64,000 bases of DNA from Candidatus Multivorans sp. (GTDB lineage Bacteria > Acidobacteriota > Thermoanaerobaculia > Multivoradales > Multivoraceae). The stretch spans positions 608,001 to 672,000 of the forward strand of contig OZ245033.1 in NCBI GenBank assembly GCA_965224025.1, in the 5' to 3' direction. Positions 9,419 through 18,904 of this stretch are shown piece after piece (position 1 is the first letter of the stretch; every line of letters begins with the position of its first letter). Both the position numbers and the translations under genes were made by a program. Below the pieces are notes generated by a model. It did no database searches. It saw only the letters and a program-made list of their open reading frames with translations, and was not told the origin of the DNA.

Positions 9419-10885
9419 TCAGGCGAGGACTTCGCGGATCACCCGCGCCTTCTCGACGCCGGTCAGCCGGGCGTCCAGGCCGCGGTGCCGGTGGGTGAAC
9501 CGCTCGTGGTCGATGCCGAACAGGTGCAGGATCGTCGCCTGGAAATCGTGGACGTGGACCGGGTCCTTGACGATGTTGTAAGAGAAGTCGTCGGTCTCGC
9601 CGTGGACGACGCCGCCCGCAACGCCGCCGCCGGCCATCCAGATGCTGTAGCAGCGGGGATGGTGGTCGCGGCCGTAGTCCTCGGCGGTCAGGGCCCCCTG
9701 GGAGTAGATGGTGCGCCCGAACTCGCCGCCCCAGATGACCAGGGTCTCGTCGAACAGGCCGCGTTCCTTGAGGTCCTGGATCAGGGCCCAGGCCGCGCGG
9801 TCGACATCGCGCGCCTGCGCGGGTAGCACCATCGGCAGCTTGGAATGGACATCCCATCCGCGGTGGTAGATCTGGACGAACCGCACGCCGCGCTCGACGA
9901 GGCGCCTCGCCATCAGTGCCGCGTTCTGGAACTTGCCGGGTTGCTTTGCTTCCTCGCCCCAGCGTTCGAACGTGCTGTCGGGTTCGCTTGACAGGTCGGC
10001 CATCTCGGGCACCGAAGACTGCATGCGGAACGCCATCTCGTACTGCTCGATGCGGGCCAGGGTCTCCGGATCGCCGACCTGGGCGTGGCGCAGCCGGTTC
10101 AGCTCGCTCATTCCGTCGAGCACGCGGCGGCGCACCGCGGGCGAGACCCCTTGCGGGTCCTTGAGGTAGAGGACCGGCTCGTCCCCGGTCTGCAACCCGA
10201 CCCCGGCGTACTCGGGCGACAGGAAACCGGAACTCCACAGCTTCGCCGAGATCGCCTGCAGGCCGGCCGCGGGATGGCTGCGTTCCGCGTTCATCACCAC
10301 GAAGGTGGGCAGGTTCTCGTTCATGCTGCCGAGGCCGTACGCGAACCAGGAGCCGATGCAGGGGCGGCCAGGGATCTGCTGGCCGGTCTGGATGAAGGTG
10401 ATGCCCGGCTCGTGGTTGATCGCGTCGGTGTGCATCGAGCGGATGATCGCGATGTCGTCCGCCATGCTCGCCGTGTGGGGCAGGAGCTCGGAGAACCAGG
10501 CGCCGCTCTCGCCGTGCTGCGAGAACTCGAAGACGGACGGCGCGATGGGGAAGCGCGACTGTCCGGACGTCATCGTCGTCAGGCGCTGCCCCTGCCGGAT
10601 CGAGTCGGGCAGGTCCTGGTCGAAGTACTCCTTCATCTTCGGCTTGTAGTCGAGCAGGTCCATCTGCGGCGGCGCGCCCATCATGTGAAGGTAGATGCAC
10701 TGCTTCGCCTTCGGCGCGAAGTGCGGCAGACCGGGCAGGCCGCCGACTTGGTCACGGGCGGTGGTCAGCGCGAAAGCGTCCTCTGCGAACAGGTTGGCCA
10801 GCGCCAGGCCGCCGATCCCGCGGGCGGCGGTGCCGAAGAACTGACGCCTCGTCTCGGCTCGAACGGTTTCCTTGAGTGGGTCCAT
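9419..10885 (-). CDS. DUF1501 domain protein (sulfatase-like fold, Tat-like signal)
   Basis: TRRQFFG Tat-like motif, PHFAPKAKQCIYLHM.GAP, ARRLVERGVRFVQ, WDVH, GEFGRT, GRDHHP. Confidence 0.93.
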   Translation of the reverse strand: MDPLKETVRAETRRQFFGTAARGIGGLALANLFAEDAFALTTARDQVGGLPGLPHFAPKAKQCIYLHMMGAPPQMDLLDYKPKMKEYFDQDLPDSIRQGQRLTTMTSGQSRFPIAPSVFEFSQHGESGAWFSELLPHTASMADDIAIIRSMHTDAINHEPGITFIQTGQQIPGRPCIGSWFAYGLGSMNENLPTFVVMNAERSHPAAGLQAISAKLWSSGFLSPEYAGVGLQTGDEPVLYLKDPQGVSPAVRRRVLDGMSELNRLRHAQVGDPETLARIEQYEMAFRMQSSVPEMADLSSEPDSTFERWGEEAKQPGKFQNAALMARRLVERGVRFVQIYHRGWDVHSKLPMVLPAQARDVDRAAWALIQDLKERGLFDETLVIWGGEFGRTIYSQGALTAEDYGRDHHPRCYSIWMAGGGVAGGVVHGETDDFSYNIVKDPVHVHDFQATILHLFGIDHERFTHRHRGLDARLTGVEKARVIREVLA

Positions 10886-10903
10886 CTTCGGCGCCTCCAG
10901 CAG

Positions 10904-13900
10904 CTACTTGTTCAGGGCCTCGTCCAGGTTCATCAGTTGGCTTGCCAGCATCGTCCATGCCGCCGACTCAGGGGCTGCCAGCGCGGCATCGTGGGCCGAC
11001 TCGCCTGTAGCGACGAGCTTCTTCGCACCGGCCTCGTCGGAGCGGTAGAGGTCGATCAGGCCGTCGTACGTCTGCCGCGCGACCGCCCGTTCGGCGTCGT
11101 CGAAGGGCCGGGACAGGAGCCGGGTAGTGACGTAGTCGAGCCGGCGGTCGAAGTCGTCGCCGGCTTCCCGCATCGCCCGCTGGGCGAGGAACCGCGACGC
11201 CTCGACGAACTGCGTGTCGTTCATCACCACGAGCGCCTGGAGCGGCGTGTTCGTGCGCTCGCGGCGGACCACCGAGTGCTCGCGGTTGCCGGCGTCGAAG
11301 ATCGTCATCGAGGGCGGCGGCGCGGCGCGCTTCCAGAAGGTGTAGAGGCTGCGCCGGTGGAGCTTGTCCCCTGAGTCTCTTCGGTAACGGCACGTGTTGC
11401 TCGAGTTCATCGCCACGCGTTCCCAGTGGCCTTCCGGCTGGTACGGCTTGACGCTCGGTCCGCCGATCGTGCGCACCAGGAGACCGCTGGCGGCGAGCGC
11501 CGTGTCGCGCACCATCTCGGCGTCCATCCGGAAACGGGGGCCGCGCGAGAGCAGCCGGTTCTGGGGATCGCGCTCCAGCTTGTCCGGTGTGAGAGTGGCC
11601 GCCTGCCGGTAGGTCGACGAGGTCACCAGCCGCCGGAAGAAGCCCTTGACGTCCCAGCCCGACTCCCGGAACTCCGTCGCCAGGTAGTCGAGAAGCTCGG
11701 GGTGCGACGGCACCTCCCCCTGGGCGCCGAAGTCCTCGCTGGTCGCTACGAGCCCGGTGCCGAAGACCTGCTGCCAGAAGCGGTTCACGGTGACTCGCGC
11801 CGTCAGCGGGTTCGCCTCGTCCACCAGCCAGTGCGCCAGCCCGAGCCGGTTGCGGGGGAGGCCTTCCGGCATCGGTGGCAGCGCTGCCGGCGTTCCCGCG
11901 AGCACCCGCTCGCGCGGCTGGTCGTACATGCCGCGGTGGAGGACGTGGGCGGCCGCCTCGCTCCCTGGAATCTCCTGCATGACGTGGGTGACCGTGCCGC
12001 GGCGCCGCAGTTCGCGCCACTCCTTGTCGATCTCCAGTCTGCGGGTGACCAGCCGGCGGTACTCCTCGTCCTCTGAGTTCACGTAGCTCAACAGGAGACG
12101 ATGCCGGTCGTCGTAGGTCAGTTCCGCCGGTGTCTTGCTCGCGGCCGTTCGGATCGCGCCCCACTCCGAGATGACCCTGGCTTCCTCGACGGACAGGGCG
12201 CGGTCGAAGACGCGCACGTCGGCGACGCCGCCGCCGGCGAAGGACTGGGCCTTGCCCTCGCTCCTCAGGTCGTGGCGTCCGAGGTAGAACGGTCGGTCGG
12301 TGAGGATGCTGCCCTCGACCCTGGTGAAGAACTCGCTGCCCTGTTCGGCAACCCGCTCGCCGTCGCGGTAGATGTGCAGGCCTCCGCGCTCGCCGGAACC
12401 GTCATGGGTGACGACGATGTGGCTCCATTCGCCCGGGGTGAGCCGCTGCGTGTTGTTGGGGTTGATCGAAATGCTCGTCGCTCCGCGGCCCGGGCCGGCG
12501 CGATCGCCCCTGAGGCGAAAACTCAGTTCGCGCGCGCCGAGGGTGATCTGCCAGCCGCGGTTGGCGTCGTGGGGGTCGCTCTGGCTGGCGACGGTGTAGC
12601 TGCCCTCGGCCTCGGTCATGTAGATCCACATCGCCAGGGAGAACGGCGTGTCGGTGTCGATCTCGAGCGGCGGCAGTTCGGCCGACCCCTTGTCGCCGAA
12701 GAAGAGGGCAGGCAGGCCGTTCGGTCCGGGTTCAATGCGCACGGCCTCGTGGAGAGCGATCGGCTGGCGTTCTTCATTGGTGACTGCTGCCGGTTGCTCA
12801 CCGTCGAGATCGAGCCTCAGGAGCTCGGAAGTAACTCCGAGAGGTGCTTCGATCTCGCGATGGCCGTCGCTCGCAATCCACTCGGCAAACGTCGGTTCGA
12901 CCGCGTCGAGGCGCTCCGTCATCGCGTCCTCGAGCTCGCCGACCTCTGCGCGCAGCCGGTACCAGGTGTCGCGGTCGTCGTCCCGCGGCACCACCAAGGT
13001 CGGCGGCGGGTCGGAGATGTTGCCGTCCATCACGTACTGCGTGGTGTTGCGGAAGAACGCGGTCAGCGCGTAGAACTCACGTTGGCTGACGGGATCGAAC
13101 TTGTGGTCGTGGCAGGTCGCGCAGCCGACGGTCAGCCCCAGGAAGACGCTGCCGATCGTCTCGGCGCGGTCCTTGGCGTAGATCGCCTCGTACTCCTCGA
13201 CCAGCACGCCGCCTTCGTTGGTCGTGATGTTGTTGCGCTGCAGGCCGGTGGCGATCAACTGGTCGAGGGTGGGGTCTTCCAGCAGGTCGCCGGCGATCTG
13301 GTCGACGGTGAACTCGTTGAACGGCTGGTTCTCGTTGAACGCCTTGATGACCCAGTCCCGGTAGGCGTACATTTCCCGGTAGTTGTCGTTGTGGATGCCG
13401 TGGGTGTCCCCGTAGCGGGCGGCGTCGAGCCAGTAGCGGGCGCGGTGCTCGCCCCAGTGGGCCGAGGCGAGCAGACGGTCGACGAGCCGTTCGTAGGCGC
13501 CTTCCTCCGTGTCGTCGAGGAAGGTCGCGAGCGTGCCCGGGTCGGGAGGCAGGCCGGTCAGGTCGAGGGCAATGCGACGGGCGAGCGTGCGCCGGTCGGC
13601 TTCTGCGGTCGGGGTGAGTTCCTCCGCTTCGAGACGCGCCAGGACGAAGCGGTCGAGGGGATCGTGAATCCAGGCTTCGTCGTCGACCGTGGGCGCGGCC
13701 GGCCGGTCGGTCGGCTTGAACGACCAGTGCTGGTCCCAGGCGGCCCCCTGCTCGACCCAGCGCTTGAGGAGATCGATCTGTTCAGAGGAGAGCGACTTGT
13801 TCGAGGTCTCGGGCGGCATCCGCCGGATCGCGTCCGCGTGGGTGATGCGCTCGACCAGGAGGCTTGCAGAGGCGTCGCCGGGAACGACCGCCGGGTCGCG

Positions 13901-14206
13901 CGGCCGGTTGCTGCGCCCGGCGGGAGGCCGGGGGCTGAACGCGCCGTCGCGAGTGTCCAGCCTCAGGTCAGCCTCACGCGTCGCCTCGTCGGGACCGTGG
14001 CAGGCGAAGCAGTTGTCCGAGAGGATCGGCCGGACGTCGCGCTGGAAGTCGACGGTGGGCGCGGGCTCGGCGGCCGCGACGGCCTCGGTTGACGGCGGAG
14101 CGGAAACCGTCAGGAGCGCGCTCGCCAGCGCAACTAGCGGCAGGCGAACGGCCTCACGGGAAACCACTCGTGGAGCGGCGACTCCGAGTGACGCGAACGG
14201 GTTCAT
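10904..14206 (-). CDS. PSD1/planctomycete cytochrome c protein (PSCyt1 + DUF1549 + LamG-like + DUF1553)
   Basis: VDFQRDVRPILSDNCFACHGPD, second heme motif CATCHDHKFDP, WLDAARYGDT, NPLTARVTVNRFWQ, TNTPLQAL. Start uncertain. Confidence 0.93.
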   Translation of the reverse strand: MNPFASLGVAAPRVVSREAVRLPLVALASALLTVSAPPSTEAVAAAEPAPTVDFQRDVRPILSDNCFACHGPDEATREADLRLDTRDGAFSPRPPAGRSNRPRDPAVVPGDASASLLVERITHADAIRRMPPETSNKSLSSEQIDLLKRWVEQGAAWDQHWSFKPTDRPAAPTVDDEAWIHDPLDRFVLARLEAEELTPTAEADRRTLARRIALDLTGLPPDPGTLATFLDDTEEGAYERLVDRLLASAHWGEHRARYWLDAARYGDTHGIHNDNYREMYAYRDWVIKAFNENQPFNEFTVDQIAGDLLEDPTLDQLIATGLQRNNITTNEGGVLVEEYEAIYAKDRAETIGSVFLGLTVGCATCHDHKFDPVSQREFYALTAFFRNTTQYVMDGNISDPPPTLVVPRDDDRDTWYRLRAEVGELEDAMTERLDAVEPTFAEWIASDGHREIEAPLGVTSELLRLDLDGEQPAAVTNEERQPIALHEAVRIEPGPNGLPALFFGDKGSAELPPLEIDTDTPFSLAMWIYMTEAEGSYTVASQSDPHDANRGWQITLGARELSFRLRGDRAGPGRGATSISINPNNTQRLTPGEWSHIVVTHDGSGERGGLHIYRDGERVAEQGSEFFTRVEGSILTDRPFYLGRHDLRSEGKAQSFAGGGVADVRVFDRALSVEEARVISEWGAIRTAASKTPAELTYDDRHRLLLSYVNSEDEEYRRLVTRRLEIDKEWRELRRRGTVTHVMQEIPGSEAAAHVLHRGMYDQPRERVLAGTPAALPPMPEGLPRNRLGLAHWLVDEANPLTARVTVNRFWQQVFGTGLVATSEDFGAQGEVPSHPELLDYLATEFRESGWDVKGFFRRLVTSSTYRQAATLTPDKLERDPQNRLLSRGPRFRMDAEMVRDTALAASGLLVRTIGGPSVKPYQPEGHWERVAMNSSNTCRYRRDSGDKLHRRSLYTFWKRAAPPPSMTIFDAGNREHSVVRRERTNTPLQALVVMNDTQFVEASRFLAQRAMREAGDDFDRRLDYVTTRLLSRPFDDAERAVARQTYDGLIDLYRSDEAGAKKLVATGESAHDAALAAPESAAWTMLASQLMNLDEALNK

Positions 14207-14262
14207 GGAGAAGGTAGAGATTAACCGATGGCTGCTGGCCCGTTCCTGGGCTTCAGGAGAGA

Positions 14263-14826
14263 ATGAACGCGCCCCGGAGGAGCCGAGCCGTGATCGAAGA
14301 AGTCCTGTCCTTTTGGTTTGAACAGAACGGCCCCGAGCAGTGGTGGACCAGGGATCCGCGGTTCGACGCGGCGATCCGCTCACGGTTCGGGGCCCTGCAC
14401 GGGCGGGCGGTCCTGGGAGAGCTCGACGGCTGGCGCGACACGCCCGACGGTCGCCTGGCCGAGATCGTCGTGCTCGACCAGTTCTCACGCAACCTCTACC
14501 GCGGCGACCCGCGCGCCTTCGGGGCCGACGGGATGGCGCTGGCACTGGCGCAGGAGGCGGTGCGGATCGGCGCCGATCAAGCCGTGCCGCCTGTGAAGCG
14601 GCCGTTCTTCTACATGCCCTACCAGCACAGCGAATCGCCGCGAATCCACGAGGTCGCGGTCGCGCTGTTCGAGGGTCTGGCGGACCCGGAGACCTTGGAC
14701 TTCGAACGGCGGCACAAGGCGATCATTGATCGGTTCGGCCGCTACCCTCATCGCAACCAGTCGCTGGGCCGCGCCTCGACCGCGGAGGAGATTGCCTTCC
14801 TCAAGGAGCCAGGTTCCTCGTTCTGA
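14263..14826 (+). CDS. DUF924 family protein
   Basis: VLSFWF, LAEIVVLDQFSRNLYR, FFYMPYQHSE, IIDRFGRYPHRN..LGR.ST. Confidence 0.93.
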   Translation: MNAPRRSRAVIEEVLSFWFEQNGPEQWWTRDPRFDAAIRSRFGALHGRAVLGELDGWRDTPDGRLAEIVVLDQFSRNLYRGDPRAFGADGMALALAQEAVRIGADQAVPPVKRPFFYMPYQHSESPRIHEVAVALFEGLADPETLDFERRHKAIIDRFGRYPHRNQSLGRASTAEEIAFLKEPGSSF

Positions 14827-14827
14827 G

Positions 14828-15349
14828 ATGAGGGAGCGTTTACCATTGGCCGTCGTTCCTGCGATTGCGGTGATGGCGTTGGCGTGCGCGACCATGGCGT
14901 CCACCACGCCGGGCTTGGTGCCGCCGGCCGCGCCCGCCGAGCAGCTACCGGCCGTGGAACCGGAGCCCGCGCCGGCCGCCGCTCCGACTTCGGTCCTCGA
15001 CGGCATCTTCACCGAAGCCCAGGCCCAACGCGGCCGGGCTTCGTACGGCGAGCACTGCGCCGAATGCCACGGCGAGGGCCTCGGCGGCGGCGAGATGGCG
15101 CCGGGATTGACCGGCGTCGCGTTCAGGTTTCGGTGGCGCGGGCTCAAGGTCGCCGACATCTACGCCAGCATCCAGTCGACCATGCCGCCGGAAGAACCCG
15201 GGACGCTCGGCGCCCAGGAGTACATCGACATCGTCGCCTTCCTGCTGAGCGCGACCGGCTACCCGACCGGCTACCCGACCGGCGATCGGGATTTTGCCGC
15301 GGACTCCGCGCTGTTGGAGGGTATTGCGGTCGAGCGGATACCTCCATAG
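14828..15349 (+). CDS. Monoheme cytochrome c, probable lipoprotein
   Basis: Lipobox-like ALAC, DGIFTEAQAQRG, CAECHG heme motif, distal Met in TMPP. Confidence 0.88.
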   Translation: MRERLPLAVVPAIAVMALACATMASTTPGLVPPAAPAEQLPAVEPEPAPAAAPTSVLDGIFTEAQAQRGRASYGEHCAECHGEGLGGGEMAPGLTGVAFRFRWRGLKVADIYASIQSTMPPEEPGTLGAQEYIDIVAFLLSATGYPTGYPTGDRDFAADSALLEGIAVERIPP

Positions 15350-15443
15350 GGTAAGCGGCCGTTTGACGCGCGGTTTGCCGGGGGTCGAGTCATACGAGTC
15401 GTGCGGCAGCTCCCAACGATCCAGGGTTGAAGGTGTGAGCACG

Positions 15444-17885
15444 ATGGGTGGTCTTGAACCATTTGGCCTTTTCTGCGCGCCCAAGGGGCGCTTGGTCGCC
15501 GGGTTGTTCTTCTCTCTGTACCTCGGATTGCCCGTCCAGGCGAGTGCCCAACAGACCGGCACGATTAACGGGACAGTGGTCGCTGGCGAGGACGGGCGGC
15601 CCGTTGCCGAGGCCCTCGTGACGATCGAAGGGGAGAGTCCCTCGGCGGTCACGAACGCGGTCGGCCGCTTCGAGATCTCCGGCGTGCCCGCGGGCGCCGC
15701 GGCGCTGACCGTCCAGGCACCCGGCTACCTGGAGCTTCAGGTCCCGGATGTGCAGGTGACTTCGGGCTCCGCGACGACCGTGACCATCGAGCTGGCCGCG
15801 ACGCCCAACTTCCTGGAACGCGTCCAGGTGACGGCGAGCAAGGCGCCGCTCAGCGTCGGCGAGATCGCGGCCCAGGCGGACATCGTCGAGCGGTCGGCGA
15901 TCGACGAGCGTGGCGACCAGCGGCTGACGCAGGCGATTTCCCACGTTCCCGGCGTGATCGTGAGCACCCAGGCGGGTTCGTTCGAGTCCGTCATGTTGCG
16001 CGGGCTTCCGCGCGGCGGCAACGAGTTCACGAACACGCTGCTGCTGGTCGACGGCGTACCGCAGACGGACTCGCGGAACAGCTCGCGCGTCGTCAACCTG
16101 CCGATTCACGACGCCGACAGCATCGAGGTCGTGCGCGGACCGAATTCGGCGCTCTACGGGCGGACCGCCATCGGCGGCGCGGTGAATGTCCGCACGGGCG
16201 AGCCGACGGCCGACGGCCGCTATGGGCTCGATCTGACCGGCGGCGACTTCGACTACTTCAAGGGGGCGGCCCGGGCGTCGGGTCCGGTCGGCGACTGGGG
16301 CGGCTACTTCGTGTCCGCGTCGAGCGAGCGGAACACGGGCTTCTACACCGGGACGTCGGACTTCGAAGTCGACCAGACGTCGATCTTCGGCAAGCTGACC
16401 TTCGTGGCCGACGCGAAGTCGTTCGGCAAGGTGAGCGTGAACCGGGTGAGGTCCGCTCAGAGCCTGCCGACGAACGTACCGATCATCGGCGGCCGGTTCC
16501 TGAGCGACATCGATCCGCGCTTCGACCGGTTGACCGACCTGAACGTGCCCGGCACGAACTACCGGCAGAAGGAAGATCGCTTCACCGCGCACTACACGCG
16601 GCAGTTCACGGACCAGGTCGGGTGGGTGAACGTGCTGGGGTTCCGCGAGATCCAGTACAGGTTCATCGACTCGGGCGACATCACGGGCGCGCCCTTCGAC
16701 CTGGCCGCCAACACGCTCACCCAGTATCCGTTCGAGCTGCAGACCGACGAGGACATCTTCTACGGGGAATCGCGGATCGAGAGCGACTTCTTGGCCGGTG
16801 TCGACATGTACCTGATGCTGGGCGGTTCGTACGAGCGAACCACCGGATTCGGCGCCGGGAACCTGATGTACACGGACGCCGACACCTTCGGCCGGCCGCT
16901 CGACTACCTGAATCCCGTCCATCCGCCCCGGTCCGAGTGGGAGTTCTTCCGGTTCGGCGGCAACGACTACAACCTCGGCGTCACGGGCTTCTTCGGGCAG
17001 TGGGGCGTCGAGCCGACGGATCGGCTGATGTTGACGGCCGGCGGCCGCTACGACCGGCTGGATCTGGAGAACACGCTGACGTTCCGGGACGGCGACCCCG
17101 TGGTGGAAGACAGTTTCGACGCCTTCAGCCCGAAGTTCGGCGCGATCGTGAAGCTGCTGCCCGATGGCGCCGCCGCCAGCGTGAATCTCTACGCGCAGTA
17201 CTCCGAGGCGTTCCTGCCGCCGCGCCGTCCGAGCGGTCTTCGACCCGGCGACGACGAGATCGAGCTCAACCCGGAGGACATCGACAACTTCGAGGTCGGG
17301 ATCAAGAGCAGCCTTCTCGACGGGCGGCTCTCGCTCGAGGGCACCTGGTTCGACATGACGCGGGACGGCATCGTGCACAGCGTCCGGCAGGGACCCTTCT
17401 TCGTCCCGACGAACGCGGGCGAGCACGAGTACACGGGGTTCGAGCTTGGGGCGCGCTATGCGGCGTCGTCGCGGGTTGCGCTATACGCGAACGCGGCTCT
17501 TTACGACAACCGCTTCGGCGACTTCAGGATCGAGAGTTCCGGCGGCGTCACCGACCTGTCCGGAAACCGCCTGCCGATCGCGCCGGATCAGGTCCTCAAC
17601 GGCGGCATCGAGTTCTCGCCGGCAGACGTCTGGAAGGTCCGTGTCGACGTCAAGCACGTCGGCGACGTGGCGGTCGATCAGGGCAACACGTTCGAGCTCG
17701 ACCCATACACCCTGCTGGACGCCTCGGTGTCGTGGTGGGTCTCGGACGCGATTCGCCTCACCCTGTCGGCGCACAACCTGCTCGACGAGGAGTACTACTG
17801 GAACGGAGACACCTCGCGGGCCGAGTCGGCTGATCCGGGGGCGCCGCGGCAGGTACTGCTGGGCGCCTCGTTCTCGTTCCGTTGA
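15444..17885 (+). CDS. TonB-dependent receptor
   Basis: Signal peptide ASA-QQ, carboxypeptidase-regulatory-like domain, plug LLLVDGVP..IEVVRGPNSALYG, C-terminal NLLDEEY..PRQVLLGASFSF. Confidence 0.95.
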   Translation: MGGLEPFGLFCAPKGRLVAGLFFSLYLGLPVQASAQQTGTINGTVVAGEDGRPVAEALVTIEGESPSAVTNAVGRFEISGVPAGAAALTVQAPGYLELQVPDVQVTSGSATTVTIELAATPNFLERVQVTASKAPLSVGEIAAQADIVERSAIDERGDQRLTQAISHVPGVIVSTQAGSFESVMLRGLPRGGNEFTNTLLLVDGVPQTDSRNSSRVVNLPIHDADSIEVVRGPNSALYGRTAIGGAVNVRTGEPTADGRYGLDLTGGDFDYFKGAARASGPVGDWGGYFVSASSERNTGFYTGTSDFEVDQTSIFGKLTFVADAKSFGKVSVNRVRSAQSLPTNVPIIGGRFLSDIDPRFDRLTDLNVPGTNYRQKEDRFTAHYTRQFTDQVGWVNVLGFREIQYRFIDSGDITGAPFDLAANTLTQYPFELQTDEDIFYGESRIESDFLAGVDMYLMLGGSYERTTGFGAGNLMYTDADTFGRPLDYLNPVHPPRSEWEFFRFGGNDYNLGVTGFFGQWGVEPTDRLMLTAGGRYDRLDLENTLTFRDGDPVVEDSFDAFSPKFGAIVKLLPDGAAASVNLYAQYSEAFLPPRRPSGLRPGDDEIELNPEDIDNFEVGIKSSLLDGRLSLEGTWFDMTRDGIVHSVRQGPFFVPTNAGEHEYTGFELGARYAASSRVALYANAALYDNRFGDFRIESSGGVTDLSGNRLPIAPDQVLNGGIEFSPADVWKVRVDVKHVGDVAVDQGNTFELDPYTLLDASVSWWVSDAIRLTLSAHNLLDEEYYWNGDTSRAESADPGAPRQVLLGASFSFR

Positions 17886-18054
17886 GCGGCGGCGGCGAGC
17901 CCGACGCCGAGAGCACGTCTGGCGAGTTCCGGCCGCCGCCCCCGAACCAACCGCCGCGCTGGGCCGAGGTGGAGCAGTTCAGCATTACTATGTGAATGTT
18001 GAAGCTCTGATCCGAGGCGGCGAATCCGGCTGGGCCCGGGGCAGGGAGTTCTGC

Positions 18055-18414
18055 ATGAATGAAGTCAGATCGATCCAGAACCTGCCGAATCAGACCGGTG
18101 CGCTCGACCCGCGCGTCCTCGACGACATCGTCAGGCGTGTAGTGGAGGTTGCGGCGCCCGAGCAAATCATCCTGTTCGGCTCTGCCGCACGCGGCGAGAT
18201 GGGGCCGCACAGCGATGTCGATCTGCTGGTCGTGGTTGAGACCGGCGACACGCATCGGCTCACGGGAGACATCTATGGAAACCTCTTCGGTGTGGGTGCG
18301 CCTGTCGACGTCATAGTGGCCTCGCCGGAGCATGTCGAGCGATATCGCGACACTCATGCGCTCGTGATCAAGCCGGCCCTTCGGGAAGGAAGGGTGATCT
18401 ACGGTGCCTACTGA
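18055..18414 (+). CDS. Minimal nucleotidyltransferase (MNT antitoxin-like)
   Basis: IILFGSAARG..SDVDLLVV motif. Overlaps the downstream HEPN gene. Confidence 0.9.
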   Translation: MNEVRSIQNLPNQTGALDPRVLDDIVRRVVEVAAPEQIILFGSAARGEMGPHSDVDLLVVVETGDTHRLTGDIYGNLFGVGAPVDVIVASPEHVERYRDTHALVIKPALREGRVIYGAY

Positions 18415-18892
18415 GGTCTTTCCCCCGGAGGACCCACGCGAGTGGATGAACCGCGCCCGTAGCGATCTAACCTTGGCGAAGAACCGGCTTGCGGGCGTCT
18501 ACCTCGCTGATCTCTGCTTCCATGCTCAGCAGGCGGCCGAGAAGGCGGTCAAGGCGCTGATGATCGAGCGCGACATCGAGTTTCCGTATGTTCACGATCT
18601 GACCCACCTCCTCGGCTTGCTGAGCGAGGCGGGATTCGTTGTGCCTGAAGAGATCCTGGCGGCAAAGGAACTGACTCGGTATGCGACGTTCACCCGCTAT
18701 CCCGGCCTGGGCGACCGAGTCTCCGATCGCCAGTACGCCGACGGGCTCAGGATCGCCGATACTGTTGTGCGTTGGGCCGAGGCTGCCTTTGAGGATTCGC
18801 GTCTGGCTCTGGACCGACCAAACGATCCCGCCGACCCGGATCTCGACTGGGAAGACGTCAAGGACGAACTGCTCGATCAGGATCAGGAGTAG
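18404..18892 (+). CDS. HEPN domain protein (MNT-HEPN pair)
   Basis: WMNRARSDL..CFHAQQAAEKAVKA..HDL..RYP motifs. GTG start overlaps the MNT gene. Confidence 0.9.
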   Translation: MPTEVFPPEDPREWMNRARSDLTLAKNRLAGVYLADLCFHAQQAAEKAVKALMIERDIEFPYVHDLTHLLGLLSEAGFVVPEEILAAKELTRYATFTRYPGLGDRVSDRQYADGLRIADTVVRWAEAAFEDSRLALDRPNDPADPDLDWEDVKDELLDQDQE

Positions 18893-18904
18893 CGCCGTCG
18901 CTGC

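Noticed and set aside
15253-15283. 12-bp tandem duplication (TGYP twice) in cytochrome c
   Set aside because: In-frame slippage in a loop; probably neutral.
17978-18003. Imperfect palindrome over TACTAT upstream of MNT-HEPN
   Set aside because: Could be an operator or terminator, but too weak to call.
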